This document shows positions 19,272-27,472 of a DNA stretch of 32,000 bases, in pieces (positions within the stretch are counted from its first letter, which is position 1; each line of letters opens with the position of its first letter). The notes beneath the pieces were generated by a model, which ran no database searches, had not been told where the DNA came from, and was given only the letters and a program-made list of their open reading frames with translations. This DNA is from Promethearchaeia archaeon (GTDB taxonomy: Archaea > Asgardarchaeota > Lokiarchaeia > Sigyniarchaeales > SOKP01). The position numbers and the translations under genes were made by a program. The DNA is taken from positions 1 through 32,000 of the forward strand of contig JAWOFX010000174.1 of NCBI GenBank assembly GCA_046497275.1. Direction: 5' to 3'.

Positions 19272-19742
19272 ATGATTAAATTAAAAAAATCTAAAATAAT
19301 CAAAAGGGTAAAAACGGCTCAGTTTATAGGAAAGCAACTTTCGAGACTTAAATTAGGACAGTCGTATTATAGTATTGCTGTATCTACCGTAAGCGCAATA
19401 TCATTAATTTCTTTGGCATTCCGCATTGAATTTTGGATGATTGCTATTGCTTTTCCGATATTATTATGCTTTGCCTATATTATCGGATATTTTCTTGATA
19501 TTTATAATATTAATACGATGGATACATTGAAATCAAATGAAATAGCTCAACGATTTTTGACGACAAGTGATTTAAAAAACCAAGAATTTCAACTGCTTCA
19601 AACTGAGATATTGCTCGAAGCTGTAAAGGCCATAAATGACGGAAAGCAATTAGAACCAAGAAAATTATTAGAGAAATATGAAGACTATTATGAGAAATGG
19701 AAATCCCCTGAACCTTTGATTGATAAACAAAAATTAAAATGA
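19272..19742 (+). CDS. Hypothetical membrane protein (two predicted TM helices)
   Basis: 156 aa ORF with a GGTGAT ribosome-binding site about 4 nt upstream, two hydrophobic segments and a charged helical C-terminus. No family recognised. Confidence 0.7.
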   Translation: MIKLKKSKIIKRVKTAQFIGKQLSRLKLGQSYYSIAVSTVSAISLISLAFRIEFWMIAIAFPILLCFAYIIGYFLDIYNINTMDTLKSNEIAQRFLTTSDLKNQEFQLLQTEILLEAVKAINDGKQLEPRKLLEKYEDYYEKWKSPEPLIDKQKLK

Positions 19743-19759
19743 TGACTGTGTTAGATAAT

Positions 19760-20797
19760 TTAAATGATTTTTCTTACAATCCATCCTAATGCTTTCATCA
19801 TTTTTTCATGATTATTGGATAAGTTTACAGGAAAATATTCGATGGAGATATTGCATTTTTTAGTTTTTTCGAGATCAAATAATTTATCTAATTCTTCTTC
19901 AGAAACCTCTTCATGGTCGTTTTTTTTGTTCCCAATGATGAGTATTGGGGTTCTATTATCCAACTTAATATTGCATAATCGATTAGTAATAAATTTAAAT
20001 TTCCCCCTTGCATCAAGAAAAGATTGTTTATGTGATGCATTAAAGATTAATATAAAACCTTGAGCCTTATTTATACATCTATTTTTTTTGTTGCATTGTT
20101 CACAGTTAAATTGTTTATCAATGCAATCTTCCATTACGATTTCCATGTTATCAATTACCACATTAAAAATTTTTGTTGGAAGATCGAGGTTATCTTGTTT
20201 TTGAATTTGAATTGATTTAAGATTATTGATAAATGCACTTTTACCAGCATTTTCAGCACCAAAAATAAAAATCTTCTTAGTTTCTTCAATATTTTCCGTT
20301 TTAAAGGAAGCTTCTTTTGTACTTAATCTGCTAAAATAAGAATCATACAGATCAAAAAATTCCTTTTGAAACTCATTGCTTTCTAATGATATCTTATTTT
20401 GTAATGGGTATTTATTATTATTTTTATTTAAAACATCCGAAAAATCTCTTAATTCCTTCAATTTAACAGCATATTCTTCTAAAATAGGAGTTTTTGTCTC
20501 TAAATATTTAAACACATCTGTTATTTCATTTTTAAAATATTCTGCTCTAATCATATAGGTAATCATCAGCAATAATCTTCCCCCTCGCGCATTTTCATTT
20601 TCTATATAGAAAATATGGTTGACAGTTTGATAATTTCTAAAAGCAAAAATAAAAGTACCTTCTTCATCAGTGATATCTAAAATCCTTCCTAAATCGGGAT
20701 GATCAAATTCTTTTGATAATTCCTCATTACAATAAAATATAGTTGGTCCTATGATTGTATCAAAATATGAAATGCAGAGAAATTCCTCTTGTGCCAT
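19760..20797 (-). CDS. Longin/uDENN-like N-terminal domain fused to a degenerate Ras-like P-loop domain
   Basis: N-terminal SYFDTIIGP and NARGG motifs. C-terminal GAENAGKS Walker A, GFILIF strand and IIGNKKND (G4-like). ATG at 20797 preferred over the track start at 20827. Confidence 0.7.
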   Translation of the reverse strand: MAQEEFLCISYFDTIIGPTIFYCNEELSKEFDHPDLGRILDITDEEGTFIFAFRNYQTVNHIFYIENENARGGRLLLMITYMIRAEYFKNEITDVFKYLETKTPILEEYAVKLKELRDFSDVLNKNNNKYPLQNKISLESNEFQKEFFDLYDSYFSRLSTKEASFKTENIEETKKIFIFGAENAGKSAFINNLKSIQIQKQDNLDLPTKIFNVVIDNMEIVMEDCIDKQFNCEQCNKKNRCINKAQGFILIFNASHKQSFLDARGKFKFITNRLCNIKLDNRTPILIIGNKKNDHEEVSEEELDKLFDLEKTKKCNISIEYFPVNLSNNHEKMMKALGWIVRKII

Positions 20798-21001
20798 AAT
20801 TATTATATAATTGGAAGGATAAAGCAAATAATCTTCATTTTATATTTTAAAAGATTTTATTGACTTGGTTATTCATTTAAAATAATAATAAATTGCGGTA
20901 TGAATATTTTATAAAGATTAAAATAATAAAATTGGGAAATCTTTTGATATCAAGATTTCTATATTTCATTAAAAAAATGATTTAATCGGTGAATAAAAAA
21001 T

Positions 21002-21319
21002 ATGGAGAAAATGGAAATTCCCGAGTATATTGAAAAAATAGCTAATAAAGTAGAAGGGAAAAATGATTCGAAAGATATGATGGCTTTTACACTCTCTACA
21101 TGTCAATGGTGTAAAAAATTTAAAAGATATATGAAGGATCGAGATGTTTCCTTTAAATATGTAGATGTGGACCAAATAGATCCAAGTGAAAAAGCACAAA
21201 TATTAACTTTCTTACGTAATAATTTTGATGAACGAGTTTCCTACCCATACTTAATTTGTGATGGAAATGTGGTGGTGGGATATAATCCGAATAAATATGA
21301 TGAATTATTAAAGGACTAA
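21002..21319 (+). CDS. Glutaredoxin (NrdH-like)
   Basis: TLSTCQWCKK CxxC, FKYVDVD and SYPYL (cis-Pro) motifs. GGTGA site upstream. Confidence 0.88.
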   Translation: MEKMEIPEYIEKIANKVEGKNDSKDMMAFTLSTCQWCKKFKRYMKDRDVSFKYVDVDQIDPSEKAQILTFLRNNFDERVSYPYLICDGNVVVGYNPNKYDELLKD

Positions 21320-21331
21320 TGGTGGTTTAAT

Positions 21332-21712
21332 TTGAGTTTTAATTTAGAGAGTAAGGAAGGAATGAGAGAATATTGTGATAAGATTTGTGAAATGAATGAT
21401 TGGATTTTACAAAAAGATAAAGAAACTTTAGATGATTTAATTGATGGACTAGTTGAAAATAAGAAAAAATATGGATACCAATCGTGCCCTTGCCGTTTTG
21501 CATGTGGGAAAAGAGAGTTAGACAGAGATTTAATTTGTCCCTGTGTTTATGCTAAACCAGATATAGAAGAATATGGGACATGTTACTGTAATCTCTATCT
21601 TAGTCCGGATTTTTACGAAACTCATGAAGAGGATTTCCTACAGATTCCAGAGCGTCGACCTGTAGAAAAGGAAAATGCTGTTTTAGAATACATGAATGAA
21701 CAAATCCAATGA
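21332..21712 (+). CDS. Ferredoxin:thioredoxin reductase catalytic subunit
   Basis: YGYQSCPCR, ICPC and CYCNLY: the CPC/CPC/CxC signature of the FTR catalytic chain. Confidence 0.92.
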   Translation: MSFNLESKEGMREYCDKICEMNDWILQKDKETLDDLIDGLVENKKKYGYQSCPCRFACGKRELDRDLICPCVYAKPDIEEYGTCYCNLYLSPDFYETHEEDFLQIPERRPVEKENAVLEYMNEQIQ

Positions 21713-21853
21713 TTTTTAATTTTAAAATTTTTTCTTACTTTTTTTAGATTATAAAAAAGAATCTCTTAATTTTAAAAATAATTAAGCTCTTTGTTCAAAA
21801 ATCAATAATTTATAAAAATAATTTATATATATTATAGATCCTCACTAGTTAAT

Positions 21854-22012
21854 ATGTCAAGAGAAGATTTAACGGACGAAGAAATAGAGGAAATGCTTGA
21901 GAAAGATTTAAAAGCAAATGAAGCGAAACGTGATAACTGTGGAGTTGCAATCCCCCCTAATCGAGAAATTGGAATTCAAAGAGATCAAGTAAAACTCAAG
22001 AAAAAAGATTAA
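21854..22012 (+). CDS. Small hypothetical protein, 52 aa (not in ORF track)
   Basis: MSREDLTDEEIEEMLEKDLKANEAKRDNCGVAIPPNREIGIQRDQVKLKKKD*. Purine-rich coding-like composition. A TTTATATA box at 21822-21829 lies about 25 nt upstream of the ATG, consistent with a leaderless transcript. Confidence 0.65.
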   Translation: MSREDLTDEEIEEMLEKDLKANEAKRDNCGVAIPPNREIGIQRDQVKLKKKD

Positions 22013-22177
22013 GATAAACTTAGATTTTTCTATTTTTTTCCTTTATTCTATTTTTAATTATGCTTATTTAGAATTGATTAAATAAAATAACTCAAAAAAC
22101 AATATTATAAATTCTAAAAGATATTTTTATTAAGGAATCCCATTTCATTATATTACATTAGTTAGAGGTATATCTCC

Positions 22178-23161
22178 ATGGATGAGAGAATTGAAGGAAG
22201 AAAAAATTATCCCACTAAGGAAGTGGATCCAAAAAATTTCATTGATGATGATGAAATCCGTGAAATGGTAAAACAATTAGATTCAATAGAATTTTCTGAA
22301 GATGATTATTATAAAGTTTATAACTGTGTAGATTGTGGAGAGTGTGATACCGAGGAGGATCGTATCCGATTAAAGCAGAAATATGTTGAGCAAGGACATA
22401 TCATTGAAGATTTAAAGAATATGAGACAATGCTTTGAAAAATATAGAACCCCGTATCCTATGAATGAAATGCGAATGAAAATCCCGGAAGGGATCCCTGA
22501 AGAATCTGATACACTTTTTTTCATGGGATGTCTTTCTACGATGAAAATCCCTCGATATACTCAACATGCGCTTGAATATTTATTACATCGAGATATTGAT
22601 TTTACAATATTAGATGAGGAAATCTGTTGCGGATGGCCATGGTATGTTTCTGGTTCAAATGAAGAACTTGAAGTATGTATGAAAGAGAATATTGAAATTT
22701 TTAAAAATTATCAAAAAATAATTTGCCTATGTCCCGCGTGCTATTATTTATTCCAGAACAACTATTGCAAGGAAATGGATAAAGATGTCAAAATTAGCTA
22801 TATCGTTGATTATTTGAGACCTGCTAAAGAAAAAAAATCTGGAAATGTAGCGTTCCAACATCTATGCCAGCTCAAGTTCAGAGGGGAAGACAATATAGAT
22901 AAATTTGTGGAAAATATTTTTAGGAAGAGTGGATATAATATTATCGATATTCCCCATTGGTGCTGTGGACATGGGATTGGCAGAATGCATAGACTGGATG
23001 TAATTGATGCTATAGGAGAAAAGCGTATTAAGGATTTTGACCAGAAAGATATTGATTTCGTTTCCACGTACTGTGTTTCCTGCTGGTGGTGGCTGTATCG
23101 TTTCTCTAAAAAATTCAGAATACATCCTCAAGCTAGGGATATTTTTGAATTACTTATGTAG
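22178..23161 (+). CDS. CCG-domain (Fe-S)-binding protein, HdrD/GlcF-like, paralog 1
   Basis: N-terminal CVDCGEC. Two CCG domains: MGC...ICCGW...CPAC and HLC...WCCG...CVSC. Confidence 0.85.
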   Translation: MDERIEGRKNYPTKEVDPKNFIDDDEIREMVKQLDSIEFSEDDYYKVYNCVDCGECDTEEDRIRLKQKYVEQGHIIEDLKNMRQCFEKYRTPYPMNEMRMKIPEGIPEESDTLFFMGCLSTMKIPRYTQHALEYLLHRDIDFTILDEEICCGWPWYVSGSNEELEVCMKENIEIFKNYQKIICLCPACYYLFQNNYCKEMDKDVKISYIVDYLRPAKEKKSGNVAFQHLCQLKFRGEDNIDKFVENIFRKSGYNIIDIPHWCCGHGIGRMHRLDVIDAIGEKRIKDFDQKDIDFVSTYCVSCWWWLYRFSKKFRIHPQARDIFELLM

Positions 23162-23191
23162 ATTTATATTTATTATTCAAAAGGTTATAAT

Positions 23192-24163
23192 ATGGGTAAT
23201 AATGATAAAAAGGAAAGAAAATACCCTGCTCAAGAGGTAGAACCAGAAAGTTTTATCACTAATGAAGAAGTAGAAGAACTTCTTAGAACAAAACATGAGT
23301 ACCGTTTTCAACAAGAGGATTATAAAAGATTATATAGCTGCATCCATTGCAGAGAATGCGGGACATCTGACGAAAGAATCCTCCTCAAGCAAAAGTTTCT
23401 TAAAGATGGAAACAAAATTGAAGGATTAGAAGAGACCAAAAGAGTATTTCAAAAATATGGAAGTCCCTATAAAGATACAAAAAGACGAATCAAACTGCCA
23501 AAAAATATACCAAAAGAAAGTGACACTTTACTTTATTTTGGGTGTTTTGTTAATGTAAAAGTACCTAAATATGGAGAACATGCGGCACAGTATCTTTTAG
23601 ATAAAGGGGTTGAATTCACAATTTTAGAAAAGGAGATTTGTTGTGGATATCCAGTACTTGTAACAGGTGATACAGAAACTTATGATTATCTCATCGAGAA
23701 AAATAGAAAAATATTTACTGACAAAGGGTTCAAAAAAATAATTACTATATGTCCAAGTTGCTATATGACCTTCAATAAACACTATGCTGACTTAGATATA
23801 GAGATAGAATATTATACGAAATATTTAAAGCCCGCCGAAACGCAAAAATCTGGAAATGTAAGTATTCAACATGCGTGTCCTTTAATATATGATTGTATGC
23901 CTGAAATGAAAGATAGGATTGAAGATCTTTTGAAAGAATCTGGTTATAATGTTATGGATATTCCTTTGTTCTGTTGTGGGGGTGGTGTTGGTCATCAGTT
24001 AAGAACAGATATAGCAGAAAAGATTGCTAAGCTTCGAGTGCAAGACTATAAAGGAAATTTTGTGACTTATTATTGCCCTGATTGTTATTGGTTTATTAAT
24101 GTATTTGGAAAGAGAGCTCGAATCAAACCGAAATTGAAGGATTTAGTGGAATTATTATCTTAA
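23192..24163 (+). CDS. CCG-domain (Fe-S)-binding protein, HdrD/GlcF-like, paralog 2
   Basis: N-terminal CIHCREC. Two CCG domains: FGC...ICCGY...CPSC and HAC...FCCG...CPDC. Colinear with paralog 1. Confidence 0.85.
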   Translation: MGNNDKKERKYPAQEVEPESFITNEEVEELLRTKHEYRFQQEDYKRLYSCIHCRECGTSDERILLKQKFLKDGNKIEGLEETKRVFQKYGSPYKDTKRRIKLPKNIPKESDTLLYFGCFVNVKVPKYGEHAAQYLLDKGVEFTILEKEICCGYPVLVTGDTETYDYLIEKNRKIFTDKGFKKIITICPSCYMTFNKHYADLDIEIEYYTKYLKPAETQKSGNVSIQHACPLIYDCMPEMKDRIEDLLKESGYNVMDIPLFCCGGGVGHQLRTDIAEKIAKLRVQDYKGNFVTYYCPDCYWFINVFGKRARIKPKLKDLVELLS

Positions 24164-25153
24164 TAATTGTTTGATCTCCGAGAATAATTTATTAAGATCT
24201 CTTGAAGATATCTGCCCAGGAGCCCATTTAATTTGACAATTAGTTGCATATATGAATGGAATATTTTTCGTATCTTTAATCAGTTGCTTAAGGTCTTTTA
24301 GAGTTTTTTCTTTTGGTTGGATTTGAATACTGACGGGGTCTATTCCTCCACAGAGAATTAAATTATATTTTTTAGCTAATTGTATATTCTCAATTACATT
24401 AGGAATATTCAATCCTATAATTCCAGCATCTTTCATGGGACCTATAATATCATCATTCAATACATGGCTAATCTTTTTTGCGCAAAAATGGATTAGTGTC
24501 GGTTTATTAAGTTCTGAAACGCAATATTTTATAAGTTTATTCATTGAATCTTGAATAATATCAATATAGGAGCGCTTCATTATTGTACATTCACTTGGAG
24601 CCAAAATAAATAGTGTATCAACAAACTCACTTATCATTTTAGCATAAAAGTTAATTATTGATTGAGAGAACTCTATTAGAGATTTTAAAAATTCAGGGTT
24701 ATATATTACTAATTCTGAAGCAACTTGCAAATCGAGAATAAGTGAAACTAAAGTATAAGGTGCTGGAATATATCCTCCTTTATATCGAAAAATACCATCT
24801 GAAGATTCATACAAATTTTTAAGTACTTGATAAGTCGAGGATTGGGATATTCGTGCCAATGTGGGAGAACGGATTATTTCTTTTGGTTCAAATTGAGCCC
24901 AATCTTGACTTTTTGAGATATTAATTTTCTTTTTTTTTACATTAGAAACAATTTCGACATACTCATCTAAGTCCATACGAGGAAAGGTGATATCAAAATT
25001 GTACGTTTTTTGAAATTCCTTTAATGCCTTAATTTGATTTAGAGGATTTTGTTCAATATCATGAGATTCCATATATGCTTCGATAGCAAATAAAGAAAAC
25101 CAGGGATCCCCTTTTTGAAGGGATTTATAAATATTTGTAATATAATTCACCAA
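24155..25153 (-). CDS. Divergent URO-D/MtaA family protein (putative methylcobamide:thiol methyltransferase, MT2-like)
   Basis: GYIPAPYTL (family GPFT motif), IHFC (H-x-C), LCGGIDP (family GNIDP) and a distal ATNC cysteine. Cotranscribed with the mttB-like and corrinoid genes. Confidence 0.68.
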   Translation of the reverse strand: MVNYITNIYKSLQKGDPWFSLFAIEAYMESHDIEQNPLNQIKALKEFQKTYNFDITFPRMDLDEYVEIVSNVKKKKINISKSQDWAQFEPKEIIRSPTLARISQSSTYQVLKNLYESSDGIFRYKGGYIPAPYTLVSLILDLQVASELVIYNPEFLKSLIEFSQSIINFYAKMISEFVDTLFILAPSECTIMKRSYIDIIQDSMNKLIKYCVSELNKPTLIHFCAKKISHVLNDDIIGPMKDAGIIGLNIPNVIENIQLAKKYNLILCGGIDPVSIQIQPKEKTLKDLKQLIKDTKNIPFIYATNCQIKWAPGQISSRDLNKLFSEIKQLLR

Positions 25154-25168
25154 AAGTGTTTATGTTTT

Positions 25169-26680
25169 TTAAATATTAGAGCCAGGTACAGGTGCAGATG
25201 CGGAATCTAACCCTTCTGCTTCCATATAATCTTTTAAAGTCCGTGATTCTACTTTTTCAATATATTTTTCCAGTTCTGCTTTAATCCTCTCTGGAACTTC
25301 TGGGCTTTTATGGTCTTTAAGAATCACCTCAACTTTTTCCCTGGCACGCTCTATAATATCTTTAGCACCTTTCTTCCACCAAGTATTCCTTCGATTTCTA
25401 TCCACCAATTCTGGCATATATAAAGATTTTTTCATATTTTTGAGGGTATGCATTTCACCTAAAAAGGTGGAACCTTTCTTCTCACTCGTAGCAACTTTTT
25501 CAATAATCTCCAAGGCAATTGTATCCTCATTCACTTCTATCCCATTTAATGCTCTTTTAACCATACCAACTAACTCATCATCAATCAATAGTAGTTCCAA
25601 TGATTCTACTAAGGTTGCTTCATACGTTCCAGCACAGGTGATATAATTTATCCCCGCTTGAGCTGCTAATAATAAAGTTTGGAATCTTTCAAATCCATTT
25701 TGAAGATCTAAGATTTTTGAATCAGTCACTCCTCCAGGTCCTCTAGAGGGATAGCCATAAAAATCTGCTAATTGCGCAACGGCAGCAGTGATTAGACCTG
25801 TTTCGATTGAACCCATAGCCGAGTTTCCAGTTTTCATATCAGTTATATGCGAAACGGTCCCATAGAAGAGAGGAGCTCCAGGATTATATATCTGAGCTAA
25901 AACAGCACCCCCGAGGTTTTCTGCATTTGTTTGAGTTAATAAGCCTGCTAATGTTACTGGTGCGGAAGAGCCCGCAAGAGCTTCTGGTGCAACTATGGTT
26001 GGTTGTTTATATTTGGCAAACACTTCAAAACCATTCGTCATAATTTTGGGAAAGTGGAGTGGACTTGTCGTACTAAAAAAACCTACTAATCTTGGATTTT
26101 TTATCAATTCTTCATCTCCTCCACATGCTATAGATGCAATATTCATCATATCTTGGCTAGGAAGTCCCCCATAACAACCTAAACCGTAAGGTTTACGTGT
26201 ATTCATTATCCATTGATACATTGCATGAGCATGAAGGGCGGTATATTTTACATCATTTGGCCACACATCCACATGTGAACAATTAATATGTTTCAATGTA
26301 TCAACTATCCTAATTTGTTCAATAGTGTCCGCTAATAACGTTTTTCTTACCCCTTTCTTCTTGTTTGGGTCATAAATTTTCACGGGTGTTCCAATTGTAG
26401 CGAATTGGGTTGATGATGTATTCACTTCAAAGCTAAAGGAGCCGTCTGGTCCGTTTAAGGTGAAAGACTTTGGAACTTTTTTGACCATTTCCATTACAAG
26501 TTCTTCTGGAATCCTTACAAAATCAGACTTTTTGTCTACTTTACAACCATATTCTTCTAATTTTTTTTGAGTATTTTTACAATCAATTTTAATCCCTACC
26601 TTTGAAAGAAGTTGAAGCGTTGCTGAATGAATTTGTTCAATTTCATCTTGTCCTAATACTTCAAGTTTACTCATTTTCAT
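25169..26680 (-). CDS. MttB-superfamily corrinoid methyltransferase, non-pyrrolysine, paralog 1
   Basis: EIEQIHSATLQLL, TTSPL, APVTLAGLLTQ, PSRGPGGVTDSK and LQNGFER. No in-frame amber codon. Confidence 0.92.
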   Translation of the reverse strand: MKMSKLEVLGQDEIEQIHSATLQLLSKVGIKIDCKNTQKKLEEYGCKVDKKSDFVRIPEELVMEMVKKVPKSFTLNGPDGSFSFEVNTSSTQFATIGTPVKIYDPNKKKGVRKTLLADTIEQIRIVDTLKHINCSHVDVWPNDVKYTALHAHAMYQWIMNTRKPYGLGCYGGLPSQDMMNIASIACGGDEELIKNPRLVGFFSTTSPLHFPKIMTNGFEVFAKYKQPTIVAPEALAGSSAPVTLAGLLTQTNAENLGGAVLAQIYNPGAPLFYGTVSHITDMKTGNSAMGSIETGLITAAVAQLADFYGYPSRGPGGVTDSKILDLQNGFERFQTLLLAAQAGINYITCAGTYEATLVESLELLLIDDELVGMVKRALNGIEVNEDTIALEIIEKVATSEKKGSTFLGEMHTLKNMKKSLYMPELVDRNRRNTWWKKGAKDIIERAREKVEVILKDHKSPEVPERIKAELEKYIEKVESRTLKDYMEAEGLDSASAPVPGSNI

Positions 26681-26703
26681 TTGATATTCCCTCCCCTGCT
26701 AAA

Positions 26704-27348
26704 TTAGTTTTTTGCTAATAATTGATTAATTTTATTTACTGCATCTAAAGAATCATCTGCCCATGCATCCGCATCAATTTTTTTTGCCCAATCTGCTGAT
26801 GTGGGTGCCCCTCCAACAATTACTTTATATTTATCCCTTATTCCTTCCTTTTTCATTTCTTCTATAACTTGTCTCTGAAAATCCATGGATAAGGTTACTA
26901 AAGATGAGAGTCCAATAACGTCCGCATTTACTTCTTCAGCTTTTTTAATGAAATCATGCGCCTTCACATCCACTCCTAAATTGTATACTTCATACCCATT
27001 AGAAAAAAGAAAAGAAGCTACAAGATCCTTTCCAATACTATGAACATCACCCTCAACAGTTCCAATCACTATTTTTCCTTTAGATTCTCTAACCTCTCCT
27101 CTCTCCCTGATGGCAGGATCTATTATTTCATCAATTACAGATTTTACAATATTGGCCGCAACAATAAGTTCTGGTAGCATTAATTCTTCTTTTTCGAACT
27201 TTTCTCCTAGAATTTTCATTGCATCTCCAATGAAATTCACAAGGTTAATAGGATTTATATCATCTTTGATCGCATTCTTACAAATATCTCTTAATTTTTC
27301 TTCTTCCCAGTTAAATATTGCATCCTTAATTGTGTCTTCTAAAGCCAT
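26704..27348 (-). CDS. Corrinoid (B12-binding) protein, MttC/MtaC-like
   Basis: Cap domain LMLPELIVAA, the base-off/His-on motif EGDVHSIGK, NLGVDV, IGLSSL and VIVGGAP. Confidence 0.93.
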   Translation of the reverse strand: MALEDTIKDAIFNWEEEKLRDICKNAIKDDINPINLVNFIGDAMKILGEKFEKEELMLPELIVAANIVKSVIDEIIDPAIRERGEVRESKGKIVIGTVEGDVHSIGKDLVASFLFSNGYEVYNLGVDVKAHDFIKKAEEVNADVIGLSSLVTLSMDFQRQVIEEMKKEGIRDKYKVIVGGAPTSADWAKKIDADAWADDSLDAVNKINQLLAKN

Positions 27349-27472
27349 TTTTTTCTCATTTAATAGTTGTAATTAAAACATTATTAATAAGAATTAATTC
27401 TAAGAATAAATAAATTAATTATCAATAATACTAAAACATAATTTAACAGTTTTTTATGAGAAGATTTTAAGT

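Noticed and set aside
9900-21712. Selenocysteine recoding at TGA stops (iorA, grx 18750, ORF 19272, FTR)
   Set aside because: Each TGA falls at a natural C-terminus after all catalytic motifs, and no redox motif is interrupted.
22178-24163. Calling these hdrD and inferring methanogenesis
   Set aside because: The ferredoxin domain is incomplete, CCG domains also occur in GlcF, LutA and other enzymes, and no mcr, mtr or hdrE genes are in the window.
27349-27472. Palindromes TTATTAATAA and AGAATTAATTCT, and mirrored ATGAGAA motifs, in the corrinoid/mttB2 divergent gap
   Set aside because: They are almost entirely A/T in a very AT-rich region, so they are expected by chance and not distinguishable as operators by eye.
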